Assembly: GCA_022703645.1 (NCBI GenBank)
Contig: JAKLDG010000001.1
Span: forward strand, 669,254-733,253
Direction of reading: 5' to 3'
From: Patescibacteria group bacterium
GTDB taxonomy: Bacteria > Patescibacteriota > JACPGU01
DNA: 64,000 nucleotides
Made by a program: the position numbers and the translations under genes. Below are positions 11,268 through 21,083 of the stretch, one piece after another (position 1 is the stretch's first letter; every line of letters starts with the position of its first letter). The notes under the pieces were generated by a model. The model saw only the letters and a program-made list of their open reading frames with translations. It was not told where the DNA came from and made no database searches.

Positions 11268-12341
11268 TTATTTTTCTACAATAACTTTTGTCCCAACTTC
11301 AGCCCAATCATATAAAATCTTTGAATTCTCCAAACTCACTCTAATACAACCATGAGAAACAGGAGTACCGAGATGCCCTTCTCCCTCATAAACATGGGCT
11401 CCATTTTTGTAAACCCAATACGGCAAAGAATGAATTCCATGGGAACCCGAAGGAGTAAAAGCCATCCAATTATCCATATATAACTGATATTCAGGGCTGT
11501 ATTGTACCGGGAATTTGTTATAGATTTGGAAATTACCAGTAGGCGTATCCATTCCTGACATCCCCGTAGAGGTAATAAAAACATAACGCGCTACTCCATT
11601 TTCATAAGCATATAATCTTTGCTGTGATAAATTAACTTTTATATATTTTACAGGATTCCCATCAACTGTTATAACCAATTGCTCATTCTTATTCTTTGGA
11701 TCACGAACTGTTATATCCCAAAAAATATTTTTATCATCTAACCACTTAAATCCTTCTACTAATGGTTTAAAAAACTCCCGATAAATACCACTTTTATTTG
11801 GCGCGGTGATTTCAAAAGTAAAGCTTGCTGTCTGACCAGGTTTTACAACGGGTTTATCCATCATTATCCGATTTGCGCCAACCCAGCCCTTTTCACCATC
11901 TTTAAAAAATACGCTTTTCCTGTCATCTTCATGGCTTGTTCCCAAAAAAAACATTCCCTCATCATTTGATATCCAAGAAACATTTCCCGTATTACGCAAA
12001 CTTAATGACAAAGTTGTTTTTTCACCGATATTTAGCGTCGGTGATTTGCTTTTTGAATCGAACTGATAAGAAAATGTCTTTCCTCTTACTTCCTCTTTTG
12101 AAGGCAACAAATTTGAAATTTTTGTTCCTTGGTTTGCTTGCCTTGTACCGTTATCGATGATTTTATTATCTTCCTGAGTAGGTACAGAAACTGGTGCGGT
12201 AGTGTTTGTAGTCAAGTTCTGAAAGAAAAAACCTAAGGCTGCTATTGCTACAACAAAAAGAAATACAGCTGTATTTATTTTTATGGTTATTATTTTTGAA
12301 TTTTTACCAGACTTCTTATTTATTGTTGATCTTTTTACCAC
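11268..12341 (-). CDS. L,D-transpeptidase (YkuD domain) with N-terminal TM and a ~110-aa beta-sandwich-like domain
   Basis: Catalytic motif HGIHSL...GTPVSHGCIRV; N-terminal domain homologous to the two C-terminal repeats of the glycoside hydrolase at 29307-31406. Confidence 0.8.
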   Translation of the reverse strand: MVKRSTINKKSGKNSKIITIKINTAVFLFVVAIAALGFFFQNLTTNTTAPVSVPTQEDNKIIDNGTRQANQGTKISNLLPSKEEVRGKTFSYQFDSKSKSPTLNIGEKTTLSLSLRNTGNVSWISNDEGMFFLGTSHEDDRKSVFFKDGEKGWVGANRIMMDKPVVKPGQTASFTFEITAPNKSGIYREFFKPLVEGFKWLDDKNIFWDITVRDPKNKNEQLVITVDGNPVKYIKVNLSQQRLYAYENGVARYVFITSTGMSGMDTPTGNFQIYNKFPVQYSPEYQLYMDNWMAFTPSGSHGIHSLPYWVYKNGAHVYEGEGHLGTPVSHGCIRVSLENSKILYDWAEVGTKVIVEK

Positions 12342-12363
12342 TTATCTAATTTAATGATACTTT

Positions 12364-14049
12364 TTATGTTTTCAGAACTGATTTCAATGAAGAAATATGA
12401 TATCTTTTGACCTTTTCTAAACTTTTTTTCTTTGAATTAATACTTTTTAATATATATGAAACATGCTCACCGCTTATATAATGCGGGACAATCACATAAT
12501 CTGCTCCTGCATCATAAAGACTTAGCGCCTCATGAATATGATCGGCAGTAGTAATGATTTTAATTTTTTTATTTATATCCCGAGCTTTTTTTATTAAAAA
12601 TAAATTACTTTTCAAACCTCCAAAAGTTATTACTATCATTTTTGCTTTACTAATATTTAATTGCTCGATTAATTCTAGATTATATGCATCACCGTAAATG
12701 CACTTTCTACCTTTACATCTTAAATCCTCTATTACATCAGGATTAATATCTACTATTATGATTTTTTTAGAAATTTTTTCCAATGTATTTAATATTTGTC
12801 TGCCCAAACGATGATAACCAAACATAATTACATGATCTTTTAATTTTAGTACATTTTGCTTCTTCTCTACTACACCATTTTTTTCGAACAATCCTAACTG
12901 TTTTTGTAGTACATTATAAATATTACCTAAGAATGTTATTAAATAAGAAGAAGTTAGGATTGTTATTATTGTTACTAAAATAATTAAAGATACGATACTG
13001 CTATCAAAATGACCAAGAGATAAACCTATGCCAGCAATTATTAAAGAAAATTCACTGACTTGTGATAATGATACCGCAGTGTAAAAACTTGTCCTTCGTG
13101 TATAACCCAATGAACCCATAGTAATCAATGTAATTAACGATTTAATAAGGATAACAAAGATAACTAAGAATATTAATGGGGTCACATAACCGCTAACCCC
13201 CGACCAATCAACACGCATGCCAAGCGTAATAAAAAATAATATCAAGAAAAAATCGCGTAGTGGCGAAAGCCTGAGAGTAATATCTTCTGCATAAGGAAGA
13301 TTTGCAAGACTCATACCGGCAAGAAATGCCCCCATTTCGATTGAAAAACCTAATAGTACTGAAAGTCCTGCAATAGCAAAACACCAAGCAATACTAGCGA
13401 GAAAAAGCAGTTCCGGTGAATGAGCAAGGTATTTAAAAACTCTCGCAATTATGTAATGACTTATTAGATAAACTATACCTGCCGCTAAAGCCCCCTTTAA
13501 AATAATTTCTCCGAAAGTAAGAATTGATAAACCATCGCCACCTTTTAAACCGGACAAAAACATTAACACAAGAAGAGCAACAATATCCTGCAAAACTAAT
13601 ATACCAACTACCATTTTCCCATATACCGTCGATATTGATTTTTTTTCTGTTAAAAGATTTACTACTATTACTGTACTACTAAATGCTAAAATTATTCCTA
13701 TATATACACTTGGTGTATTTTCAAATCCAAGAAATAACGAAAGAATATATCCAAGAAAAGCCGTTACAACCATCTGTATCAAACCAATTATGATAGTATT
13801 CCTTCCTAAATCAGTCAATTTCTCTTTGTTTAATTCCATTCCAACGATAAAAAGAAGGAATGCTATACCTATAGTAGAAAAAAGATTAATAACCTCGGAA
13901 TTTTGGGCAATTCCAAATAGAGAGGGGCCAAGAATAAAGCCGGTTAAAATATATGCTATGATCAATGGCTGCCTTAATACTTTGGCTATAATACCAAAAG
14001 CAGCGGCAAAAAATATCTCGCAACCTAATTGGATAAAAATGTTTTCCAT
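12364..14049 (-). CDS. CPA2-family cation/proton antiporter with C-terminal TrkA-N/RCK domain (KefB-like)
   Basis: ~12 TM helices followed by Rossmann-like VIMFGYHRLGRQIL...IIVDINPD. Confidence 0.8.
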   Translation of the reverse strand: MENIFIQLGCEIFFAAAFGIIAKVLRQPLIIAYILTGFILGPSLFGIAQNSEVINLFSTIGIAFLLFIVGMELNKEKLTDLGRNTIIIGLIQMVVTAFLGYILSLFLGFENTPSVYIGIILAFSSTVIVVNLLTEKKSISTVYGKMVVGILVLQDIVALLVLMFLSGLKGGDGLSILTFGEIILKGALAAGIVYLISHYIIARVFKYLAHSPELLFLASIAWCFAIAGLSVLLGFSIEMGAFLAGMSLANLPYAEDITLRLSPLRDFFLILFFITLGMRVDWSGVSGYVTPLIFLVIFVILIKSLITLITMGSLGYTRRTSFYTAVSLSQVSEFSLIIAGIGLSLGHFDSSIVSLIILVTIITILTSSYLITFLGNIYNVLQKQLGLFEKNGVVEKKQNVLKLKDHVIMFGYHRLGRQILNTLEKISKKIIIVDINPDVIEDLRCKGRKCIYGDAYNLELIEQLNISKAKMIVITFGGLKSNLFLIKKARDINKKIKIITTADHIHEALSLYDAGADYVIVPHYISGEHVSYILKSINSKKKSLEKVKRYHISSLKSVLKT

Positions 14050-14176
14050 CTTTTTTATTTTAGTTTATTTCAATATAACACACCTTTCTAACCCTGTAAA
14101 TTTAAAAATGTTTTGACTTATTAAAAAATATAGTAAAATAGAAGCAGGAGATATAATATCAACTAAAGATACATAT

Positions 14177-14587
14177 ATGGAAAAAGCATCTTTAGCCAAA
14201 ATAAAGAAGGCGCTCCAAGAAGAAAAAATAAGGTTGGAGAAGGAACTAAGCAATGTTGCTGAAAAGAAAGGGAAAAAATTTAATCCCGTTTACCCTGAAT
14301 ATGGCTCAAAGGACGAAGAAAACGCAGCCGAGCTTCAGGAATACGAGATACATTTTGCATTAGATAGGAATATTGAAAAGCTTCTTACTCAAGTCATTAA
14401 GGCCTTAGCCAAAATTGAATCTGGTGATTATGGAAAATGCGAAATTTGCGGGGCTGATATAGGAGATGAAAGGCTTGCGGTTTCTCCTTCTTCAACACTT
14501 TGTATTGCATGCCAATCAAAGAAAGATAATAAAATCACAAAATTCTTTTCTCGATTCAAAAATATAAAAAATAAAGGAAGAAAATAA
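14177..14587 (+). CDS. DksA/TraR-family C4 zinc-finger protein
   Basis: Coiled-coil N-terminus and CEICGADIG...LCIACQ zinc finger. Confidence 0.7.
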   Translation: MEKASLAKIKKALQEEKIRLEKELSNVAEKKGKKFNPVYPEYGSKDEENAAELQEYEIHFALDRNIEKLLTQVIKALAKIESGDYGKCEICGADIGDERLAVSPSSTLCIACQSKKDNKITKFFSRFKNIKNKGRK

Positions 14588-14590
14588 AAA

Positions 14591-15034
14591 GTGTCAAAGA
14601 ATAAGTTGAATGCGTTTCTATATATAATACCATCTATTTTAATAGCAACTGCAGATCAAATAATAAAAAACCTCTTTTATACTAACCCGACAACAAATAA
14701 AGAGGTTCTTTTATTTGATTTTTATTTATCGAAGAATTTTGGCATTATAACTGGAATCCCTTTTAATTATTCTGAAATTGTGGTAATATTTATCTCAGTT
14801 ATCCTTGCGATAATCTTACTTCAAAACAAATCATATGATTTGTTAGTTTATTTTTTTCTTGTTTTAATAGGTGTAGTTTCAAACTTGATTGATAAAATAC
14901 GTTTTGGTTGCGTGTTAGATTATATTAACATTTTCAACTTTTCACACCTTAATCTTTCTGACCTTCTTATATGTATAGGCTGTATATTAATAGTTTGGAA
15001 ATTATTAAATAAGTCCGCGAAGCGGATAATTTGA
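14591..15034 (+). CDS. lspA: lipoprotein signal peptidase (signal peptidase II)
   Basis: 4 TM helices; LspA-like SNLIDKIRFGCVLDYINIF and NLSDLLICIG boxes. Confidence 0.65.
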   Translation: MSKNKLNAFLYIIPSILIATADQIIKNLFYTNPTTNKEVLLFDFYLSKNFGIITGIPFNYSEIVVIFISVILAIILLQNKSYDLLVYFFLVLIGVVSNLIDKIRFGCVLDYINIFNFSHLNLSDLLICIGCILIVWKLLNKSAKRII

Positions 15035-15073
15035 TTGTTTGTTTTCTTGCTTTATTGTTTTTTAATTTATTAT

Positions 15074-15144
15074 TGCGGGATCGTCTAGCGGTAGGACACA
15101 AGCCTTTGAAGCTTGGTACCCTGGTTCGAATCCAGGTCCCGCAG
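15074..15144 (+). tRNA. tRNA-Gln (anticodon UUG)
   Basis: Cloverleaf read by eye: acceptor UGCGGGA/UCCCGCA (U1-A72 typical of bacterial tRNA-Gln), discriminator G, anticodon loop CUUUGAA, T-arm CCUGG-UUCGAAU-CCAGG; no encoded CCA. Confidence 0.85.
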
Positions 15145-15215
15145 TTTTAAAACGAATTCGCGATTTTTGGGAATTTTCCGGCCGAATTTCTGAAATTCCG
15201 AATTAAAATTATATT

Positions 15216-15749
15216 ATGCAAAAACTTCTCCTCCATACCTGCTGTGCTCCTTGTTCAGCATACGTACTTAAGTTATTAGAAACATTTGATGTTTCTGTTT
15301 TTTATTACAATCCAAATATTGACACTGCCGATGAATATGAGAAAAGAAAAAATGAATGTCAGAAATATTGTGAAAAAAATGGAATAAAATTTATTGAAAT
15401 CACGTATCAACCAAAAGAATGGCAATTATATATAGAAGGACTGGAAAGCGAACCAGAAGGCGGGAAAAGATGCGAGAAGTGTTTTGAGCTGAGATTAACC
15501 AAAACTGCCGAATTCGCTTTGAAGAATGGATTTGATTATTTTGCCACTACCCTCTCTATTAGCCCTCATAAAAATTCTAAACTAATAAATGAGATTGGTA
15601 ATAAAATTGCAAATCAATTCGGACTAAAATTTTTAGAAGCCGATTGGAAAAAAGAAGATGGTTATAAGAAATCATGCGAGATTTCTAGGAATGAAGGGTT
15701 TTATCGCCAAAACTATTGCGGATGCAAGTATTCAAACTGGAAAAAGTGA
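15216..15749 (+). CDS. queH: epoxyqueuosine reductase QueH (DUF208)
   Basis: N-terminal LLLHTCCAPCS, YNPNI, CEKC and YCGC cysteine clusters typical of QueH. Confidence 0.8.
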   Translation: MQKLLLHTCCAPCSAYVLKLLETFDVSVFYYNPNIDTADEYEKRKNECQKYCEKNGIKFIEITYQPKEWQLYIEGLESEPEGGKRCEKCFELRLTKTAEFALKNGFDYFATTLSISPHKNSKLINEIGNKIANQFGLKFLEADWKKEDGYKKSCEISRNEGFYRQNYCGCKYSNWKK

Positions 15750-15822
15750 TATCTTGAAAAAAATTGAGTTACGTAGTAGAATGAAAAATGTTAATATATA
15801 ATTAATTTTAAGAAAGGATCAC

Positions 15823-16557
15823 ATGAAAGACCTTAAGAAGTACCTGCCCGTAATTATTTTCCTAGTCGTAATCGTAGTTGCTGCGATTATTCTTTTCGTT
15901 GTTACCGGAAAAAAGACAAATACAGTCGCAAGCAACAACCAAACACAAGAAAGCGAGCAAACTCCTGTACCGAAAGAAACTTCTGACGCGATACCAAACC
16001 TTGATCAAAAATGGGTAAAAGGAAACCCAAATGGCAAGGTCCAGATAATTGAATATTCGGATTTTCAATGTCCATATTGCAAGAAAGGAAATGACACAAT
16101 CGAAGAAATGTATAATAAATACAAAGATGATATGCAGGTTACTTTTGTTCACTTTCCTTTGACTTCTATTCACCCATACGCGCTCCCTGCTGCCAGAGCC
16201 GCAGAAGCTGCTGGAGTTATGGGGAAGTTTTGGGAAATGCATGAACTGCTTTTTGCTAACCAAAATAACTTGAAAGACGAAGATTTTTATTCTTATGCAA
16301 AGAAATTGGGGTTAGACTTAGATCAATTCAAAAAAATATATGTTAATAAAAACATATTGGATAAAATCAATAAACAAGTTGCTGACTTGCAAGGAAAACA
16401 GTTTGACGAAATAGCTCTTGATGACAGCGGAAAAATCATAGAAAAAGGAAAGACGACAATCCAGGGCACTCCGGCATTTCTAATAAATGGCAAATTAGTC
16501 GTAGGCGCATATCCGGCTGAAGAATTTGAAAAATTCATTCAAAACGCGATGAAATAA
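15823..16557 (+). CDS. DsbA-like thiol:disulfide oxidoreductase, membrane-anchored
   Basis: N-terminal TM; CxxC active site in YSDFQCPYCKK; thioredoxin-fold length. Confidence 0.75.
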   Translation: MKDLKKYLPVIIFLVVIVVAAIILFVVTGKKTNTVASNNQTQESEQTPVPKETSDAIPNLDQKWVKGNPNGKVQIIEYSDFQCPYCKKGNDTIEEMYNKYKDDMQVTFVHFPLTSIHPYALPAARAAEAAGVMGKFWEMHELLFANQNNLKDEDFYSYAKKLGLDLDQFKKIYVNKNILDKINKQVADLQGKQFDEIALDDSGKIIEKGKTTIQGTPAFLINGKLVVGAYPAEEFEKFIQNAMK

Positions 16558-16564
16558 AGATTCA

Positions 16565-16590
16565 AAACCCCGAGAAATCGGGGTTTTTTA
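16565..16590 (+). terminator. intrinsic terminator after dsbA-like gene
   Basis: aaaaccccgagaaatcggggtttttta. Confidence 0.6.
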
Positions 16591-16608
16591 GTACCTTAAG
16601 CCAAAAAT

Positions 16609-16637
16609 TGACTGTTATTCTTTTTTATTGTATAATT
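16609..16637 (+). promoter_or_regulatory. sigma70-like promoter of RNase P RNA
   Basis: TTGACT - 17 bp - TATAAT ending 6-7 nt before the predicted rnpB 5' end. Confidence 0.5.
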
Positions 16638-16643
16638 AGCTTA

Positions 16644-17053
16644 GGTTTTGAGTAAATTGGATGATCGCTCCTAATTTAAAGTTAGGAGAGGAAAGTCCGG
16701 GCACCTCAAGAAAATAGTGATGGCTAACGGCCACCTAAAGTAAATATTGAAGCTATTTCCCCCGGGAAAAATCTCTTTAATATGAAGTTAAGGGAATAGT
16801 GCCACAGAAACAAATGCTTCCGTAAGGATGAATGAAAAGTTGGGAGTAGAACCCCATTTACTTCAATGGTGACATTGAAGAAGGCAAACCCCACCTGGTG
16901 CAAGAAGGGAAAGTTTTTTATAATCAACAGTTTTCTTGCTGGATTATAGAAAATACCTTCGCTCGATTCTTATAGTAATATAAGAACAAGATAGATGACC
17001 ATCGTCTCGATTTATCGAGATACAGAACCCGGCTTATAGATTTGCTCAAAACC
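16644..17053 (+). ncRNA. rnpB: RNase P RNA, bacterial type A
   Basis: P4 strands GAGGAAAGUCCGGGC (16688-) and ACAGAACCCGGCUUAUAG (17023-); P1 pairing ggttttgagtaaat / atttgctcaaaacc; GUGCCACAGAAA and AACCCCACCUGGUGCAAG boxes; no ORF explains the region. Confidence 0.85.
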
Positions 17054-17114
17054 TTCGCTTCGGCGAGAATATATGCCTAATTATTTGCCTGCTTAATACT
17101 TACCTGAATATTTA

Positions 17115-18515
17115 ATGAAAAGATCTGAACTTTTTTTTACAATAATTACTATACCACTTGACCTTTTTGCAGCAGTTTTTGGTTTTGTGGTTGCATACTA
17201 TATCCGTAAACATCTTGACCCATTCAATATTATTTATATTCCACCTCTTAAGGAATACCTTGCATTTCTGTATTATTTCCTACCAATATGGGTTTTAGTT
17301 TTTTCTTTTTTTGGTTTATATAATGTAAAAATCAATAAAAAATTTGGCCCAACTTTTTATCGAATATTATTTGCTACTCCAACTGCTTTAATGCTTTTCG
17401 TTACAATCATATTTTTTACCAAAGAAGCATTTTTCTCGCGTCTCGTTATATTATATTCTTTGGTCTTGATAATTTTGATAACAACATTTTTACGTACTTT
17501 GGTTTTGATAACACGTAGGATTCTTTTTCGTTTTGGTGTAGGGATAAAAAGAGTTTTAATCATTGGAACCAATAAAACATCGAAAGATATAATAGATGAC
17601 ATCGAAAAACATCCTGGTAAGGGATTTAAAATTATTGGTATAGTAAAAACTGATAACAAAATGGAATCGCTTGATTGCAAGGCAACTATTGTAGGTTTTA
17701 TGAAAGAACTTGGCAGTATCGTTACAAAATTAAAACCTGATGAGATAATCCAAACAGAACCCTTTGGGCCACAAGAAAATCTAAACATCATTCATCTTTG
17801 CGAAGATAAAAGAATAACCTTTCGATATGTTCCTTCTCTGTTCGCTCTTTACTCAAAGAATAACGATACAGATACTTTTGGAAAAATACCCGTCTTCGAA
17901 ATCAAAAGAAGCAACCTTGATGGCTGGGGTAGAGTTTTTAAAAGAATGATTGATATTTTTGGTGCATTAGTTGGAATTATACTTTCATTTCCACTTCAGG
18001 TTTTAATTGCTATATTAATAAAAACAACTTCCAAAGGTCCAGTAATTTTTAAACAGGAAAGAGTGGGAAGAGACAAAAATTATAAAGTTTATAAATTTCG
18101 AACCATGTATGCCGATGCTGAAGCGCGTCATGCACAATTTATCAGACAATACGGCAACATGTTTAAATTGAAAGACGACCCTAGAGTAACAAAAATTGGT
18201 AAGTTCCTAAGAAAAACTTCCATGGATGAAATACCTCAATTCTACAACGTCTTAAAGGGTGAGATGAGTTTGGTTGGTCCACGTCCCCCAATGCCCGTAG
18301 AAGTAGCACGATATACAAGAGAAGAAAAGAAAAGAGTCGGCGGGGTAAAGCCAGGGCTTACAGGTCTTTGGCAAGTTTCAGGACGTTCTGATGTAGACTT
18401 TGAACAATGGGTAGAGCTTGATGTTTATTATATCGAAAACTGGTCACTATTCTTAGATATTATAATAATCCTAAAAACTATTTGGGTTGTTCTCTTCCGC
18501 AAAGGAGCATATTAG
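17115..18515 (+). CDS. undecaprenyl-phosphate sugar phosphotransferase (WbaP/EpsL-like initiating transferase)
   Basis: N-terminal TMs; C-terminal bacterial sugar transferase domain (KGPVIFKQERVGRDKN...FRTM...SLVGPRP). Confidence 0.85.
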   Translation: MKRSELFFTIITIPLDLFAAVFGFVVAYYIRKHLDPFNIIYIPPLKEYLAFLYYFLPIWVLVFSFFGLYNVKINKKFGPTFYRILFATPTALMLFVTIIFFTKEAFFSRLVILYSLVLIILITTFLRTLVLITRRILFRFGVGIKRVLIIGTNKTSKDIIDDIEKHPGKGFKIIGIVKTDNKMESLDCKATIVGFMKELGSIVTKLKPDEIIQTEPFGPQENLNIIHLCEDKRITFRYVPSLFALYSKNNDTDTFGKIPVFEIKRSNLDGWGRVFKRMIDIFGALVGIILSFPLQVLIAILIKTTSKGPVIFKQERVGRDKNYKVYKFRTMYADAEARHAQFIRQYGNMFKLKDDPRVTKIGKFLRKTSMDEIPQFYNVLKGEMSLVGPRPPMPVEVARYTREEKKRVGGVKPGLTGLWQVSGRSDVDFEQWVELDVYYIENWSLFLDIIIILKTIWVVLFRKGAY

Positions 18516-18591
18516 ACTTTTTGTAGGGGCGGGTTTTAAACCCACCCCTAATTTATTTGGCAAAAAGGCTATTTTTTGCTATAATTCATAT

Positions 18592-19749
18592 ATGGAACAA
18601 AAGGAGAAAAAACAACCGAAAATTGCAATCGTTTGCGATTGGCTCACGAATTGGGGCGGTGCTGAACGCTGCATAATGGAGTTTCATAAAATATGGCCGG
18701 AAGCACCGATCTATACTTTGATTTTCAATGAGAAAAAAATGTGGGAGTTTAAAGATGTTAAAATTCATACTTCATATTTACAAAAAATGCCTTTGGCAAA
18801 AAGAAAATGGCAATTTTATCTAAATCAAATGCCTCATGCCATAGAACAGTTCGATCTATCAGAATACGATATTGTTTTTTCAAATAGCCATGTTGTTGCG
18901 AAAGGTGCTATTACCAAACCGGCAACATTACATATATGCTACCTTGATTCGCCTACACGTTATCTATGGGATTACATGTATTTATATATAAAAGAAATGC
19001 GGATAACAAAGGTGGGTATTATTGATAGCGTTTTAAAAAAATATATTAAGCGAAGATTTCATGCCATAAGAATTTGGGATTTTAATGCTGGACAACGTCC
19101 TGATAAAATTATCGCTATTTCAAACTACATACGTAATCGAACAAAAAAATACTACCGTCGAGACACAGACGTTATCTATCCCCCAGTGGATGCTGGTCTT
19201 TATCAACCCGTTGATGAAAGCGAAATTGAAGATTACTACCTAGTAGTTGGACGACAAGTTGATTATAAAAAAACAGACATCGTTATTGAAGCATTCAACA
19301 AATTGGATTTGCCACTTGTTATTATTGGCGAAGGATCAGCTTTGAAAAAATTAAAAAAACTGGCGAAAAATAAAAAAATTAAATTTACTGGGAGGATTCC
19401 TGATGCCGATGTAAAAAGATATTATGCCCACTGTCGCGCTTTTATTTTTCCGCAAGAAGAAGATTTTGGAATCACTCCTCTTGAGGCGCAATCGGCCGGC
19501 CGGCCAGTTATCGCATATCGCGCTGGAGGCGCCTGCGAGACAGTAATAGAAAATGAAACGGGAGTTTTCTTTGACGAGCAAACACCGGATGCGATTATTA
19601 AGGCAGTACAAAATTTTGACCACAAAAAATTTGATTCTGTAAAAATCCGCGAACATGCATTAAGGTTTGACACTGAAATTTTTAAGAAAAATATCAAAGA
19701 ATATGTTGAGAAAGCCTGGGAAGAACACTTAGAAAAAATTAAATATTAA
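18592..19749 (+). CDS. glycosyltransferase family 4 (GT-B)
   Basis: ORF track starts 18487 but the first residues overlap a hairpin/intergenic stretch; M at 18592 (MEQKEKKQPKIAIV) is the likely start; C-terminal GT4 E-x7-E-like region (PQEEDFGITPLEAQSAGRPVIA). Confidence 0.75.
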   Translation: MEQKEKKQPKIAIVCDWLTNWGGAERCIMEFHKIWPEAPIYTLIFNEKKMWEFKDVKIHTSYLQKMPLAKRKWQFYLNQMPHAIEQFDLSEYDIVFSNSHVVAKGAITKPATLHICYLDSPTRYLWDYMYLYIKEMRITKVGIIDSVLKKYIKRRFHAIRIWDFNAGQRPDKIIAISNYIRNRTKKYYRRDTDVIYPPVDAGLYQPVDESEIEDYYLVVGRQVDYKKTDIVIEAFNKLDLPLVIIGEGSALKKLKKLAKNKKIKFTGRIPDADVKRYYAHCRAFIFPQEEDFGITPLEAQSAGRPVIAYRAGGACETVIENETGVFFDEQTPDAIIKAVQNFDHKKFDSVKIREHALRFDTEIFKKNIKEYVEKAWEEHLEKIKY

Positions 19750-19785
19750 AAATAATTAAAGTAATATAGAAAGGGATTTAATTTT

Positions 19786-21057
19786 ATGGAACTAAAAGAT
19801 ATAATGCAAATTATCAAAAAGAGAATTATTTTGATGATAATTATCGTAGTGATTTTTATTGTTGGCGCGTATTTATTGACAAAAAAATCTAAAGCAAATT
19901 TTGAAACTTCATCTGTTCTAACGGTACAAGCAATGAAAGAAAGCTCTGATCAATATCAATACGGTGGATATTATTCTATTCAAGCTTCAGATTTATTTAT
20001 CAATACTATACTTGGTTGGATCAAAAGTTCAAATATAGTTGCCGAAATATATCAAAAAACCGGCATTAGCTATGATATTAATGAGACAAACAAACTTGGA
20101 GGAAATATTTATGCGCGCAAGGTTCCACCACAAAACATTGAATTAATTATTAGTGATCACAATGAGGAGGTATCGAAAAAATTAACTGATGGTGTTATTG
20201 CAATGATTAAAGATAAAACCAACCAGCTTGGAATGGTTACAAACTCAGCAGCGAATTTTGAAATTGTAAGCTCACAGCCAATCACTACACCGATAAAACA
20301 AAACTTACCACTGAACCTAATGATTGCTTTCATACTTTCTTTAGTACTGGGAATTACATGTGTATTTATTGTTGAATATTTGAGTCCAAAAATTAATAAC
20401 GGACAAAGAGTACGCGCTATATTTGGCAAAGACTTTATTTCAATGCGCTCCCTAAAAACAAAAGGACTGATCAACCCCGACACAAAGGCCGCAGAAAAGT
20501 TTCGTTTTTTACGTGCTAATATGTTAATTGATGACACAAAAGGCAAACTATCTGCGATAATTGCCGGTATCAACGAACAGAAAATAACACCTCTTTTGTC
20601 TGCAAACTTAGCGCTTTCATTTGCTCGTTCTGGTAAGTTGACAATATTGGTTGACACTAATTTTGACAATCCATCAATCCATGAATATTTCGATAAACAA
20701 AATCAATATGGTTTTTCGGAGTTTCTTTTTGATGAAGGTAATATAGATAAATATCTTCAAAAAACTGATGAGGCAAATCTACGTATAATGTCATCGGGAA
20801 TTAAACTTTCTTATGCTTCCGATACTATTGAACGAGCAAATATAAAAAAGGTTTTAAGTGAATTAGAAAAAGAGGCAGATGTGGTTTTAATTAGTGTTCC
20901 TTCACTTAATGTATCTTCTGAAGCATTCCCATTATTTTCAATAATAAAAAATTCGATTCTTGTCGTTAAATATGGGAAAACAACGATAACAGCTGCATCA
21001 TATATAAATGATTTTCTTGACAAGAAGGATGTTGAGAAAACTATCATTGTAGTATAG
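19786..21057 (+). CDS. Wzz/Wzc-like polysaccharide co-polymerase with degenerate C-terminal P-loop ATPase-like domain
   Basis: N-terminal TM and Wzz-like periplasmic region, second TM, then CpsD/CapB-like region lacking an intact Walker A. Confidence 0.5.
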   Translation: MELKDIMQIIKKRIILMIIIVVIFIVGAYLLTKKSKANFETSSVLTVQAMKESSDQYQYGGYYSIQASDLFINTILGWIKSSNIVAEIYQKTGISYDINETNKLGGNIYARKVPPQNIELIISDHNEEVSKKLTDGVIAMIKDKTNQLGMVTNSAANFEIVSSQPITTPIKQNLPLNLMIAFILSLVLGITCVFIVEYLSPKINNGQRVRAIFGKDFISMRSLKTKGLINPDTKAAEKFRFLRANMLIDDTKGKLSAIIAGINEQKITPLLSANLALSFARSGKLTILVDTNFDNPSIHEYFDKQNQYGFSEFLFDEGNIDKYLQKTDEANLRIMSSGIKLSYASDTIERANIKKVLSELEKEADVVLISVPSLNVSSEAFPLFSIIKNSILVVKYGKTTITAASYINDFLDKKDVEKTIIVV

Positions 21058-21083
21058 TTTTCAAGTATATCAGAATTACAAAT

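Noticed and set aside
16724-16927. 67-aa - strand ORF
   Set aside because: Lies wholly inside the RNase P RNA gene, which explains the region.
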